Assembly (NCBI GenBank): GCA_963664225.1
Contig: OY760937.1
Location: 4,640,001 to 4,704,000 of the forward strand
DNA from: Verrucomicrobiia bacterium
GTDB lineage: Bacteria > Verrucomicrobiota > Verrucomicrobiia > Limisphaerales > UBA1319
DNA length: 64,000 nucleotides
Reading direction: 5' to 3'
A program made the position numbers and the translations under genes. The notes under the pieces were generated by a model, which saw only the letters and a list, made by a program, of their open reading frames with translations, did no database searches and had not been told where the DNA came from. Below, in pieces: positions 37,766 through 48,261 of this stretch; positions within the stretch are counted from its first letter, which is position 1; every line of letters begins with the position of its first letter.

Positions 37766-39091
37766 TCAAACCGGCTGGTTAATGAAATCCCTGGGTTGTC
37801 CAGTGCAGGCCAGGACACCGCGCCAGAGTTCGCTCTTGGGCGAGACCCGTTTCTTTTCTTCGACGGCCAGCGGAATCGGGACATGGGTGAAGACGTTATG
37901 CCAGTAACCGACAAGGACATCGGTCTTGCCCGCCATGCCCGCGTGGACGGCGTGCCGGGCCATCTGATCACAGAGAAGGCTGTCGTCGCAATTGGCCGGG
38001 ACGCTGCGGATGAAGTAGCTGGGATCGAAATATTTCATGCTCACGGGCGCGCCGGCCTTTTTAAAATACTCGATGATCCGATCCTTCAAATACAGGCCGA
38101 TATCGGCGAATTTAACATTGCCCGAAGCGTCGCGTTCGCGGGACGAAGTCTGGAGGAGGTTTTGGCCGGCGCCTTCCGCGACGACGATGAGCGCGTGCTG
38201 GCGTGTTTGAACGCGTTTCAGGAGGGCGGGCAGAAAACCGCGTTCTCCCTCCATGTCAAAGGGCACTTCGGGTATGAGGATGAAATTAACCTCCTGGCTG
38301 GCCATGGCTGCGCCTGCGGCGATGAATCCCGCTTCCCGGCCCATGAGCTTAACCAGTCCGACGCCATTGAGGGCGCCACGCGCTTCGTTGTGGGCGCCAT
38401 CGAGGATTTCCCTGGATTTCTCAATGGCAGTCGAGACGCCGAAGGTGCGCCAGACGTATTTAATGTCGTTATCGATGGTCTTGGGAATTCCAACCACGGA
38501 GATGGGCAGGTTACGCCGCGCAATTTCGGTGTGAATATCGTGCGTGCCGCGCTGGGTGCCATCGCCGCCGACGCAAATCAACAAGTTTATTTTTTCCTTC
38601 ACGAGATAATCGACGATGGGAACCTCGGGCTGTGGACCTCGTGAGGAACCGAGTATCGAGCCGCCATCCAAGTGAATGTTTTCGACCATGTCCGGCGTGA
38701 TTTGGATGGGCGGCAGGCCGACGGATGGATTCAAGCCCGCATAGCCATAGCGAACGCCCAGAACCTCCTTCACCCTGTAATTAAAATGCAGCTCGTTGAA
38801 GGCGGAGCGAATGACGTTATTCAGGCCCGGACAGAGGCCGCCGCAGGTGACGATGGCGGCACGGGTCTCTTCAGGCTGGAAAAAGATTTTCTGACGCGGA
38901 CCGGCTTTCTCAAAGAAGATATCGTCATGGGTGTCGAATCCCGTGTTGATTTCCACCTGGTAGCGGACGCGCGCCGCATCCGGTATGAAATTTCCCATGT
39001 CATCGAGCAGATCGGTGGTCAGGGGCAAGGGCGACAGAACTTTCCTGGGACCCAGGGTGGCAATTTTGACATTTTCCGCAGTAATGCTCAT
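37766..39091 (-). CDS. pfkA: 6-phosphofructokinase (group X type, probably ATP-dependent)
   Basis: TCGGLCPGLN, GGDGT, PKTIDND, MGR. Confidence 0.93.
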   Translation of the reverse strand: MSITAENVKIATLGPRKVLSPLPLTTDLLDDMGNFIPDAARVRYQVEINTGFDTHDDIFFEKAGPRQKIFFQPEETRAAIVTCGGLCPGLNNVIRSAFNELHFNYRVKEVLGVRYGYAGLNPSVGLPPIQITPDMVENIHLDGGSILGSSRGPQPEVPIVDYLVKEKINLLICVGGDGTQRGTHDIHTEIARRNLPISVVGIPKTIDNDIKYVWRTFGVSTAIEKSREILDGAHNEARGALNGVGLVKLMGREAGFIAAGAAMASQEVNFILIPEVPFDMEGERGFLPALLKRVQTRQHALIVVAEGAGQNLLQTSSRERDASGNVKFADIGLYLKDRIIEYFKKAGAPVSMKYFDPSYFIRSVPANCDDSLLCDQMARHAVHAGMAGKTDVLVGYWHNVFTHVPIPLAVEEKKRVSPKSELWRGVLACTGQPRDFINQPV

Positions 39092-39301
39092 ATCGGGCGC
39101 GGATTGTGCCTCATGAGGGAGTGGTCGGCAATGCTGATCCGAACGGGGATTGTCCTGCGGGCGTGCTTTCAAATTTTCCGACGCGCTTGTGTGTGCTGCA
39201 ACGGATTGCGATCCCGAGAAACGTGCCCTGGTTTCGGAGCAGGGAGACAGGTTGAGGGGTGACATTCCGTCGGGGGCCTGATATGGCTTGTGGCCGAGAT
39301 T

Positions 39302-39922
39302 ATGTTTACTGGCATTGTTGAGGAAACCGGGATCATCGAGCGCATTGAACCGACTGAAAAGTCGATCCGGCTGACGGTGCGCTCAAAAATCTGTGGGCAG
39401 GGGCTCAAGGTGGGGGACAGCCTCGCCATCAATGGATGCTGCCTGACGGTGGTGCGCATCACCACGAAAGGCGCGTTCAAATGGGTTCAGTTCGATCTTC
39501 TCAAAGAGACCTGGACGCGGACGAATTTGCAGTTTGCCGACAAAGGCTCGTTGGTGAATCTGGAGCGTCCCTTGCGCGCCAATGGCGAAATGGGCGGGCA
39601 TTTTGTCACCGGCCACATCGATGGAGTGGGGAAAGTGGCGCGTTGGGAACGGGCGGGTCAGGATTGGGTGCTGGACATCGAGGCGCCGAAGGACGTGATG
39701 AAATACATCGTGTTCAAGGGTTCGGTGGCCGTGGACGGGGTCAGCCTGACCGTGGCCTCCGTCACGAAGAAGGGATTTCGCATCTGGATCATTCCCCATA
39801 CGTATGAGGTGACGGCACTCAAAGAGCGGGCGGTGGGCGGGGCGGTGAATCTTGAGGGGGATATCATCGGCAAGTACGTGGAAAAGTTTGTGACGCAACG
39901 GGATTCCCGAAAAAAGGCCTGA
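39302..39922 (+). CDS. ribE: Riboflavin synthase alpha chain
   Basis: MFTGIVE, NG.CLT, VNLER, GGHFVTGHID. Confidence 0.96.
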   Translation: MFTGIVEETGIIERIEPTEKSIRLTVRSKICGQGLKVGDSLAINGCCLTVVRITTKGAFKWVQFDLLKETWTRTNLQFADKGSLVNLERPLRANGEMGGHFVTGHIDGVGKVARWERAGQDWVLDIEAPKDVMKYIVFKGSVAVDGVSLTVASVTKKGFRIWIIPHTYEVTALKERAVGGAVNLEGDIIGKYVEKFVTQRDSRKKA

Positions 39923-40110
39923 ACGCCGATTTTGCGGACAAATCGAGGGTGTGATTTTTATGATTTGTTTTGCATATCGATTTAAGGCAACGGATAATGC
40001 AGGGCAAAGGGCAGGCGCTGGGACCGGGCGGAAGCGGCCGCGGACAGCGTCGGGATCGATAGACGATGCGCTCACTGGAAGAGGTGTGAAGGAAAAAAAG
40101 TATTTCACGC

Positions 40111-40139
40111 TTGATTCCGGCGCGTAGTGCTCGTATATT
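40111..40139 (+). promoter_or_regulatory. Sigma70-type promoter of rpmI
   Basis: TTGATT-N17-TATATT, A-rich UP tract and GC-rich discriminator. Confidence 0.65.
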
Positions 40140-40168
40140 GCGCGCTCTTTATTAAGAGAATTTGATTT

Positions 40169-40378
40169 ATGCGACGACCGAAACCAATCAAAACGCGGAA
40201 AGCGGTAGCCAAGCGGTTTAAGATTACCGCGACGGGCAAAGTGATGCGCCCCCGCGCCGGAAAACGCCATTTACTGAAGACCAAGAACGCCAAGCGTCGG
40301 CGTTCGCTCGGGACCGAGAAGCAGGTGGATTCCACCGATACTTACCGGATCACGCAGAATCTTCCATTCAGCCATTAA
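40169..40378 (+). CDS. rpmI: 50S ribosomal protein L35
   Basis: KTRKAVAKRFKITATGK, HLL..K. Confidence 0.97.
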   Translation: MRRPKPIKTRKAVAKRFKITATGKVMRPRAGKRHLLKTKNAKRRRSLGTEKQVDSTDTYRITQNLPFSH

Positions 40379-40398
40379 TTGTTAATTTTTGATCTGTT

Positions 40399-40770
40399 AT
40401 GCGAGTAACTAATGCTCCCGCTTCAAGGAAGCGTCGCTCCAAGGTAATCCGGGCCGCCAAAGGCTACCGGATGCGTCGCTCGAAATTGTATCGTTATGCG
40501 ACGAATGCCGTCGATCACGGTCAGGTGTATGCCTACCGGGATCGCAAGGCCAAGAAACGCACTTTCCGGGGTCTCTGGCAGGTTCGTATCAATGCCGCCA
40601 GCCGCGCGGCCGGGATGACGTTCAGCCGGTTCATCGAAGGTTTGAAGGCCGCCAAAGTGGGCTTGGACCGCAAGGTGTTGGCCGATATCGCCGCGACAGA
40701 TGCCGCAGCGTTCCTGGAATTGGTTAAAATGGCTCAAGACGCGCTCAAGGCCAAGGGCGTGAAGGCATAG
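40399..40770 (+). CDS. rplT: 50S ribosomal protein L20
   Basis: AKGY, YAYRDR..KKR.FR.LW..RINAA, DRKVLA. Confidence 0.98.
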   Translation: MRVTNAPASRKRRSKVIRAAKGYRMRRSKLYRYATNAVDHGQVYAYRDRKAKKRTFRGLWQVRINAASRAAGMTFSRFIEGLKAAKVGLDRKVLADIAATDAAAFLELVKMAQDALKAKGVKA

Positions 40771-40810
40771 ACCTTCCGACGCGCGTTTTTATAAACAAGC
40801 GAATCTTTTG

Positions 40811-40846
40811 ACGGGCGGACCTTGGCGGTGCGCCCGTTTTTCTTTT
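40811..40846 (+). terminator. Terminator-like hairpin between rplT and pheS
   Basis: ACGGGCG.ACC/GGT.CGCCCGT followed by TTTTCTTTT. Confidence 0.6.
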
Positions 40847-40848
40847 AT

Positions 40849-41856
40849 ATGTCCACCTTCATTGAGCAAGCAGAACAGGTTAAGAACGCCGCGTTACAGG
40901 TGATTGAAGCCGCACCCGATCTGGCGGCGCTGGAACAGGCACGCATTCAGTTTTTGGGTGTCAACGGCCAGTTTACCGCGCTGATGAAGCAGATCGGGAC
41001 TCTCTCCAAAGAGGAGAAACCGCTGGCTGGCAAGGCGATCAACCAGTGCAAGGTTGCGTTGGAAGCTGGATTTGCGGCGCGAAAGGGCGATCTGGAACTC
41101 AAGGCGAGTCTGCCCAAGGAGCCTGCGGATTTCACCATGCCGGGTCGCAGGCGGACTTTGGGCCGGTTGCATCCGCTGACGCAGGTGACCGAGGACATCG
41201 TTCGGATTTTTCGCAAGCTGGGTTTTGTGGTGGCGGACGGCCCGGAGGTGGAGGACGATTACCATTGTTTTGACGCCCTGAACACGCCTGCGGACCATCC
41301 GGCGCGGGACATGCAGGACACGTTTTTCGTAAACCATCCCACCAAGAGTCTGCTGCGAACGCACACCTCGTCCGTGCAGATTCGCGTCATGGAGAAGCAG
41401 AAACCGCCCATCCGGATCATCGTGCCGGGGCGGGTGTATCGCCGCGACAACGCGGACGCCACGCATAATCCGACGTTTCAGCAGATTGAGGGGTTGTATG
41501 TGGATCGGGGTGTGACGGTGGGGGATTTGAAGGGGACGGTCGAGTTTGTGTTTCGGGAGTTGCTGGGCGAAGAGGTCAAGCTGCGCTTCCGGCCGCATTA
41601 TTTTTCCTACACGGAGCCTAGTTTCGAGATCGATTTTTCGAACGCGCTTGTGCGCAAGCTGGGCAAGGAATGGCTGGAAATTGCCGGTTGCGGCATGGTG
41701 CATCCCAAGGTGTTCGAGAATGTGGGGTATGACCCGGAGGTGTGGAGCGGGTGGGCGTTTGGTTTTGGCATCGAGCGGATCGCGATGATTCGTTATGCGA
41801 TCCAGGACATCCGGCTGTTCTACGAGAATGACGCGCAGTTTTTGCGGCAATTTTAA
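40849..41856 (+). CDS. pheS: Phenylalanine-tRNA ligase alpha
   Basis: HPARDMQDTF, LRTHTS, F.Q.EG, AFGFG.ER. Confidence 0.98.
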   Translation: MSTFIEQAEQVKNAALQVIEAAPDLAALEQARIQFLGVNGQFTALMKQIGTLSKEEKPLAGKAINQCKVALEAGFAARKGDLELKASLPKEPADFTMPGRRRTLGRLHPLTQVTEDIVRIFRKLGFVVADGPEVEDDYHCFDALNTPADHPARDMQDTFFVNHPTKSLLRTHTSSVQIRVMEKQKPPIRIIVPGRVYRRDNADATHNPTFQQIEGLYVDRGVTVGDLKGTVEFVFRELLGEEVKLRFRPHYFSYTEPSFEIDFSNALVRKLGKEWLEIAGCGMVHPKVFENVGYDPEVWSGWAFGFGIERIAMIRYAIQDIRLFYENDAQFLRQF

Positions 41857-41871
41857 CAGGGACAAGATTTC

Positions 41872-44319
41872 ATGAAAGTCACTCTAAATTGGCTGAAACG
41901 CCACGTTGATTTCGACTGGACTCCGGAGGAATTGAAGGAACGGCTGACGATGCTGGGCATCGAGGTCGAAGGGGTTCAAAAACTGGGCGGCGAATTTGAA
42001 AATGTGGTCGTGGCCCAGGTCATGACCTGCGACAAGCATCCCAATGCCGACAAGCTCTCGGTGTGCAAGGTGGATGATGGCCGGACGCAGCGACAAATCG
42101 TTTGCGGCGCCAAGAATTTCAAGGTGGGCGACAAGGTGCCGCTGGCATTGCCCGGTTGCGTGATACCGACTCCGGCCGGCTCGCCGCCCTTTGTGATCAA
42201 GGTGGGCAAGCTGCGCGGCGTGGAATCACAAGGCATGATGTGTTCGGGCGAGGAATTGGGCCTGTCCGCGGACGCTTCGGGTCTGATGATTTTGCCTGCG
42301 GATGCAAAAGTGGGCCAGGCGTTTGCCGAGTTTTTGGGGAAGACGAGCGGGGACGTGGTCTATGATCTGGAAATCACACCCAACCGGCCCGACCTGAACA
42401 GCGTGATCGGCATTGCGCGCGAGATTGCGGCATTGACGGGTAATCCGCTGAAATGGCCGGAATTAAAGCCACTGGTCGAAGCCGCGCCCAATACCAATGG
42501 GCAGGACGTCAACAGCCAAATCCGCGTGCGCATTGAAGACGCGGAGCTTTGTCCGCGTTACACCGCCCGCGTGGTGCGCGGCGTGAAGGTGGGACCCAGC
42601 CCGGCGTGGTTGAAAGAGATGCTTGAAAAGGTGGGTATTCGGAGCATCAGCAACGTGGTCGATGTGACGAACTTCGTGATGCTCGAAAGCGGACAGCCCT
42701 TGCACGCCTTCGATTTTCATTTGATCGCCCGCAAGTCGCCCGAGGAATTGCCCACGATCGTGGTGCGGCGCGCCGGGGAAGGGGAAAAATTCACGACACT
42801 CGATGGCCAGCAACGGACATTGACCAGCCAGATGCTGGTGATTGCCGATGAAGTGCATGCGGTGGCCCTGGCAGGTGTCATGGGCGGGTTGAACAGCGAG
42901 ATCAAGGACAGCACGGCCGATGTGCTGATCGAGAGCGCCTGTTTTCAGCCGCAATCGATCCGGGCGACCTCCAAGAAACTGGATTTGCGTTCGGATGCCT
43001 CGTATCGCTACGAACGGGGCAGCGATGTGTGCATCTGTGACTGGGCGAGCCGTCGCGCAGAGGATTTGATTTTGGAGACCGCAGGTGGCCAGGCCGTTGC
43101 CGGTGTGGTGGATGCATTTCCCAAGGCGCACACGGCCAAGGAAATCACCTTAAGGTTCGAGAAAACCAATGCCTTGCTCGGTGTGGACATTGCGGTGGAT
43201 CAGCAGGTCGCCTTTTTGAAGAATCTGGGGCTTGAACTGGTGCGTGTCGAGGGAACCGTCAGCGCGGTGTTCCGCATTCCATCGTTCCGCGTGGATTTGA
43301 AACGCGAGGCGGATTTGATCGAAGAGGTCGCGCGCATTTACGGGGTGGAAAAGATACCTTCCCGCGCTCCCGCCTGCGTGGCGGGCAGCCATCCATACGA
43401 TCACACGCATAATGAACTGGCTGAGGCGCGGCGTTTGCTCACGGGACTGGGTCTGGACGAAACACAGGGACAGACGCTCCTTGCGGAGGCATCCGCGAAG
43501 CTGGTTTGCGCGGAGCCGGTTTATTTGCAGAACGCGCTGAGCGCGGATATGACCGTGCTGCGTCCCAGTTTGCTGCCGGGTTTATTGGAAGCGCTGCAAC
43601 GGAATCTGAATCGCAAAAATGGGGATCTGGCCTTTTTCGAGATCGGACGGGTGTTTGGTTTGCAAAACGGGCAGTTGGCGGAAGAACGGCGGGTTGCCGT
43701 GGCCCTGACCGGACTTCGTGCCCCGGCTTTCTGGAGCGGTGCGGAGCGTAACGCGCTGATGGATCTTTCGGACTTGAAGGGTTTGTTGGAAACCTTCCTG
43801 GAGCAGTTTGGACTCCGTGGAGTCACCTATGTCCGACGCCCGGAGCCGACACCGCTTTATATCGAATCCGCCACGATTCATTTGGGCAAGATGGTCCTGG
43901 GTGAGTTGGGTCAACTGCAGCCTTTATTGGCGAAACGGTATGACCTGCGCAATGGGGCGTTTTTCGCCGAACTGAACATGGACCTGCTGCTGGCACGGCG
44001 GAATACGGCTCGTCAATTCAAGCCGTTGCCGCAATTCCCAAGCGTGCGCCGCGATGTGGCAATGGTGGTGCCGGAATCGGTGACCCATGACGCCGTGTTG
44101 AACGCGGTCAAACAGGCCAAGGTTCAGAATCTCGAGGCGGTGGAGTTGTTCGATGTGTTTCGCGGACAGAATGTTCCCGAGGGCCACAAAAGCCTGGCTT
44201 ACGCCTTTACATATCGCAATGCTGAGCGCACTTTGACGGATGCCGAAGTCAACAGCGCTCATCTCAAACTGGTGGAACAGTTTAAATCCGGATTGCAGGC
44301 GGTGGTGCGCGAAGGTTGA
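41872..44319 (+). CDS. pheT: Phenylalanine-tRNA ligase beta
   Basis: HPNADKL, VCGA.N, TPNRPD, DLIEEVAR, RTLTD.EV. Confidence 0.98.
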   Translation: MKVTLNWLKRHVDFDWTPEELKERLTMLGIEVEGVQKLGGEFENVVVAQVMTCDKHPNADKLSVCKVDDGRTQRQIVCGAKNFKVGDKVPLALPGCVIPTPAGSPPFVIKVGKLRGVESQGMMCSGEELGLSADASGLMILPADAKVGQAFAEFLGKTSGDVVYDLEITPNRPDLNSVIGIAREIAALTGNPLKWPELKPLVEAAPNTNGQDVNSQIRVRIEDAELCPRYTARVVRGVKVGPSPAWLKEMLEKVGIRSISNVVDVTNFVMLESGQPLHAFDFHLIARKSPEELPTIVVRRAGEGEKFTTLDGQQRTLTSQMLVIADEVHAVALAGVMGGLNSEIKDSTADVLIESACFQPQSIRATSKKLDLRSDASYRYERGSDVCICDWASRRAEDLILETAGGQAVAGVVDAFPKAHTAKEITLRFEKTNALLGVDIAVDQQVAFLKNLGLELVRVEGTVSAVFRIPSFRVDLKREADLIEEVARIYGVEKIPSRAPACVAGSHPYDHTHNELAEARRLLTGLGLDETQGQTLLAEASAKLVCAEPVYLQNALSADMTVLRPSLLPGLLEALQRNLNRKNGDLAFFEIGRVFGLQNGQLAEERRVAVALTGLRAPAFWSGAERNALMDLSDLKGLLETFLEQFGLRGVTYVRRPEPTPLYIESATIHLGKMVLGELGQLQPLLAKRYDLRNGAFFAELNMDLLLARRNTARQFKPLPQFPSVRRDVAMVVPESVTHDAVLNAVKQAKVQNLEAVELFDVFRGQNVPEGHKSLAYAFTYRNAERTLTDAEVNSAHLKLVEQFKSGLQAVVREG

Positions 44320-44359
44320 AGCGCGGCGCAGCGGGCGTTCATCCGCCATTGACAATATT

Positions 44360-44392
44360 GCGGGCCGGGCGTTTACCCGGCCCGTTTTTTTT
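44360..44392 (+). terminator. Rho-independent terminator after pheT
   Basis: CGGGCCGGG/CCCGGCCCG followed by a T-run. Confidence 0.8.
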
Positions 44393-44427
44393 GAGGGTCA
44401 TCAAGTCAGTTTTGCCTGTTGTCTCGC

Positions 44428-45336
44428 ATGAATGAGGCGGAACAAGCGCCCGAAAATGGGGCTGTGATTTTGACGGAATCCGAGCAACAAGCTCAGGATT
44501 GGAGCCTGGTATTGACCAGCCAGGGGATGGAATCGTTGCTGCTTGCGCCCTCCGAGGAGACGCCGTCATGGCGGTTGGTCATTGAGGCTGCGGACCTGCC
44601 GCGCGCCCAGGAGGCGATCGGCAAATTCTGCGCGGAAAACCGGGGATGGAAACTACGCCAAAGGCTGCCCTGGTCGGGGCTGGTCTTTCATTGGGGCGCG
44701 TTGTTCTGGGCTCTGAGCATCATGTTGTTTCATGCAGGCGCGCAATGGATTGGACCTGCGTGGACCACGTCTGGAATGGTGAACAGCGAGGCGGTGCGCG
44801 CCGGGGAGTGGTGGCGGTTGTTTACCGCAGTCACACTGCATGCGGACATAGGTCACTTGATGGCCAATGCCACGATTGGATTTATTCTACTCGGGCTGGC
44901 CATGGCGCGGTTTGGGGCGGGGTGGGCGTTATTGGTTTCATTTCTAGCGGGTGGCGCGGGTAATTTGCTGGCTTATTTTCTGGATCCAATGACGCATCGC
45001 AGCCTTGGAGCGTCGGGAATGGTGATGGGCGCGCTGGGCCTTGTGGCCATCCAGTCCTTCGGATATTGGCGGGGTCAAGGGAACACAAAGCGACTGTTTG
45101 CGTCAGGCGTATTCGCTGGTGTGCTGCTGTTTATCCTCTTGGGCATGGACCCGCGCAGCGACGTTCTGGCACATGCGGGCGGATTCATGGGCGGCACTGT
45201 TCTCGGCCTGGGGTTGCTACTGGTTCCGGAACGATGGCAGCAAAGCCTGAAGGCCAACGCGGTGGCGATTGCCATCACCTGCACATTAGTGTTGTGGACC
45301 TGGCACCTGGCACTGAGCGCTTCCGTCCTCAAGTAA
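44428..45336 (+). CDS. Rhomboid family intramembrane serine protease
   Basis: WWRL, H....H...N, GASG, AH.GG. Confidence 0.93.
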   Translation: MNEAEQAPENGAVILTESEQQAQDWSLVLTSQGMESLLLAPSEETPSWRLVIEAADLPRAQEAIGKFCAENRGWKLRQRLPWSGLVFHWGALFWALSIMLFHAGAQWIGPAWTTSGMVNSEAVRAGEWWRLFTAVTLHADIGHLMANATIGFILLGLAMARFGAGWALLVSFLAGGAGNLLAYFLDPMTHRSLGASGMVMGALGLVAIQSFGYWRGQGNTKRLFASGVFAGVLLFILLGMDPRSDVLAHAGGFMGGTVLGLGLLLVPERWQQSLKANAVAIAITCTLVLWTWHLALSASVLK

Positions 45337-45342
45337 TCGCCA

Positions 45343-46608
45343 TTAACGGATTGGACTGGAACAGAATTTTTCAAACGCTCCACCCAGGAGGTCTGAGACG
45401 TCGCGTTGAATATCGTCAGGTTGTGGGTTCCATCCGGTGCGGGCCAGGTCGATGTATTTTTCGGTCAGCACTTTCGAGATGACCTGACGCGAATGGCTCC
45501 ATTTATAAACGATCTGATCCAGAACCCGTGCGTCCGAGTGTTGCGCGGTGAAGCTGGGACCGAGGAGTTCGAGGCGCATGCGGGTGATTTCCTCGATCTG
45601 GCCCGGGATATTGGTAAACCACCAGCAACCGAAGGGATGGAGATTGCGGAATTTGCGGGCAATGACGCAAAGCGTGTGCTGGTTCTCGCGCGATAATGCC
45701 GTGGCCAGGAATTTATTCTCTGGAAAACCGGCGCAAAGATTTTCGAGCGCGGACATTTTACTCAGGCCCACACCATCGCCTGCGAGGCGAAGCTGGGGAT
45801 TGACCCCGCGCTTGACCCCGAGCATCACGGCCAAGGGTAGTCCGTGATCGCGCGCATGGGGCAGGACGGCCTCTGTCAGGAGGCGGTCGCAATCGTCTTT
45901 AGCGGGATGATCGAAATCCGGAGGCAGAGAGACCATGAGATAACGTGCGTCGATTTTTCGGGACCAATCTGCGAGAAAACGGCGGACTGCACTGATGGTT
46001 TTTGGAGTCAGGTTTTTAGCGGTTTTGTATCCCCAGGAGGCGAGCTTTTGCGCCGTGTCCGGCCAGGAAAGGAGGAGGGGATCGATGCGCAATGCGGCGG
46101 TGAATCGGGGGTCGCGGTGGAAACCTTTTTCCCAAAGCGGACGCTCCTCATCGTCGAACGGGGAGTTGGTCATGCAAATGGAGCGCACGCCGGCTGCTTC
46201 CATGCAACGCGTCGTATAGTCTTCCTTTGTCCATGAAGAAAACCATTTTCTCAATGCGGGCAAGTCTCGTTTTTTTGGACTGATTCCGAGTTGGTTGAGC
46301 GTTGTGAGAACGCCGCGGCAAGACTCGGAAATGGGGGAATGGTCGATGAACAGGGCGTTCCAAATCGCATCCGCCTGCTCTATTTTGCTCAAGGTCCAGA
46401 ACCGAGAGTAGCTCATGGGCATCTGGCGAAACGATTCGGCCACCAGGTAATGATAGGTGAGAAGGTCGTCGATGCCGCACAGCAACAGCGATCCGAAGGC
46501 GGGATCGTAGAGATGGGTGTGAATGTCATAGACCGGGGTGGCGTAAACGATCTTTTCGACCAGAGCGGCTAGGGCCTTTTCGCGTTGTGGAGACAGAGAT
46601 GTTTTCAT
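45343..46608 (-). CDS. uxaC: Glucuronate (uronate) isomerase
   Basis: DIHTH, MTN.PFD, GCWWF, QHSDARVL. Confidence 0.85.
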   Translation of the reverse strand: MKTSLSPQREKALAALVEKIVYATPVYDIHTHLYDPAFGSLLLCGIDDLLTYHYLVAESFRQMPMSYSRFWTLSKIEQADAIWNALFIDHSPISESCRGVLTTLNQLGISPKKRDLPALRKWFSSWTKEDYTTRCMEAAGVRSICMTNSPFDDEERPLWEKGFHRDPRFTAALRIDPLLLSWPDTAQKLASWGYKTAKNLTPKTISAVRRFLADWSRKIDARYLMVSLPPDFDHPAKDDCDRLLTEAVLPHARDHGLPLAVMLGVKRGVNPQLRLAGDGVGLSKMSALENLCAGFPENKFLATALSRENQHTLCVIARKFRNLHPFGCWWFTNIPGQIEEITRMRLELLGPSFTAQHSDARVLDQIVYKWSHSRQVISKVLTEKYIDLARTGWNPQPDDIQRDVSDLLGGAFEKFCSSPIR

Positions 46609-46808
46609 GGCAAAATAGTGTGATAGCAAAGACAAGATGGAATTCGTTTATGGCCTGCGATAAAATTCTTCTGCAAACCTGGACGCGGAATGCAAAAAGC
46701 GCCCGGTGAGGGCACCGGGCCTACAGGTCCCTGAGACCCCCGCATCTACTGCATTTTGTTTTGCGTCCATTCGTTCAAGAATCCACAGCACTCTTTTTTT
46801 TTAATGGG

Positions 46809-48128
46809 TTATTCAGCGGGCAATAAATCACCGACAATGAGAATGGCGCCCACGTACCAGGCAGTGCCATCAAAGCGTTTGGGGTCGTCCATTTTTTCGT
46901 TTCGCTCGGCCAGGATTTTGACCTTGTCGGGCTGCTCCGATTGGATGGTCAGCTTTACGGTGTGAATCGTGTTTGGCAGGCGGTCTGCGACGAGCCATTT
47001 GCTGAGCCGGTGATAGGTGCAATAGGCATCGAAGCGGGGCTGAATGTGAGCGGGTTGGTCATCGATCTGGGCGCTGACCTGGCCGCAGTCCGGTCCAACC
47101 AGATCGTAAAAGGCAAGGGAGGAGCCTCGGAATTTCAGCGTGATCGTTTCGCCGGTCTTGGAGGCCGACCACAAGGGAGAAAGGCGCTGCCCAAAGTCGC
47201 GTGCCAGACGGTTGGTGGCGGGATCGAGTCTGACCCAGCCCGCGCTCAATCGGGCTTGGTCCAGGGGAAGCATTTGGGCGGCTTGGAGATGGTCCTCGAC
47301 CAGTGGAGCGTCCAGAACGTGGGGGGCCGGTTTGCCGATCTTTTCAATTTTGGACATCGAACGTATGATCGCCTCCAGATAGAGCGCGTGGCCGGTGTCG
47401 GTATAGGGGTGGACCGAGTCCGGTGAGAAGAGAATCTTGCCTTCCAGCGCGGCTTTTTCAGCATCAGTCTGTGGTTTGGCTCCCGTGAAGACGAGTTTAC
47501 CTTCTTTCTCCATGCGCGCGACTTCGACGCCCATGTGAATGGAAGGAATGGCGTAGTGGTCGGCCACTTTTTCCATGGCACTGGCGGCGCGCGGGAAATG
47601 GCCCTGGCCTTCCTGGAGCGGCTTCAAGTAATCTTTGACCAGGGTATAAACAAAGCAAATGTCGATGGCGGGATCGAATTTCCAGGTCTGGCGAACGATG
47701 CCCTCCATCTGACGATAAATATCCTTTGGATCGGCCCCGCCGTCATTGACAGCGAATTCGACGAACAGGAGGTCGGGATGATGTTCCAATACGTCATGAC
47801 GCAGGCGGAAGACGCCCAAATCCGAACCGGTGCCGCCAATCGCGGCGTTGATCTCGGTGATGCGGGCTTTGGGAAACTGCCCTTGGAACCACGCAAGGGA
47901 TTTGGGCCGCCAGCCGTCCTGGGCTGTGATGCTGCCGCCCAGATAGGCGATTCGGACGTCACCGCCCTGATGGAGTTTGCCATAGAAGTTTGGCAGGCCG
48001 TTTCGGGGACGGCACTCGACGGCCGCAGCTTGCGGATTGGCCAGGTCGTTTGTGGACGGCTTATCCTGGGCCATGGCGGCCAGCGCGGTCGCCATGCAGA
48101 CTGCGATGTAAAAAAGCTTGTTGAGCAT
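46809..48128 (-). CDS. Secreted SGNH/GDSL hydrolase
   Basis: GGSIT, GGTGS, EFAVND, DSVHP; signal peptide. Confidence 0.9.
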   Translation of the reverse strand: MLNKLFYIAVCMATALAAMAQDKPSTNDLANPQAAAVECRPRNGLPNFYGKLHQGGDVRIAYLGGSITAQDGWRPKSLAWFQGQFPKARITEINAAIGGTGSDLGVFRLRHDVLEHHPDLLFVEFAVNDGGADPKDIYRQMEGIVRQTWKFDPAIDICFVYTLVKDYLKPLQEGQGHFPRAASAMEKVADHYAIPSIHMGVEVARMEKEGKLVFTGAKPQTDAEKAALEGKILFSPDSVHPYTDTGHALYLEAIIRSMSKIEKIGKPAPHVLDAPLVEDHLQAAQMLPLDQARLSAGWVRLDPATNRLARDFGQRLSPLWSASKTGETITLKFRGSSLAFYDLVGPDCGQVSAQIDDQPAHIQPRFDAYCTYHRLSKWLVADRLPNTIHTVKLTIQSEQPDKVKILAERNEKMDDPKRFDGTAWYVGAILIVGDLLPAE

Positions 48129-48199
48129 ACGCATGAGTTGAGGTCGAGCATGCCCAAGCACGAAGCTTTTTAAAGGTTTATTATTGCGGCGTGCGGATC

Positions 48200-48237
48200 A
48201 AAAAAAAGGCATGCCTTCCAATAAAGAGGGCATGCCC
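48200..48237 (-). terminator. Rho-independent terminator after the RCC1 gene
   Basis: GGCATGCC inverted pair followed by T8 on the minus strand. Confidence 0.8.
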
Positions 48238-48261
48238 TGTGAGATCTGTAGGACTCCCGGT

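Noticed and set aside
36119..38644. Long repetitive ORFs (e.g. 37094-38644, 37071-37907, 36268-36888)
   Set aside because: They are stop-free translations of the REP arrays and antisense to RAYT or pfkA.
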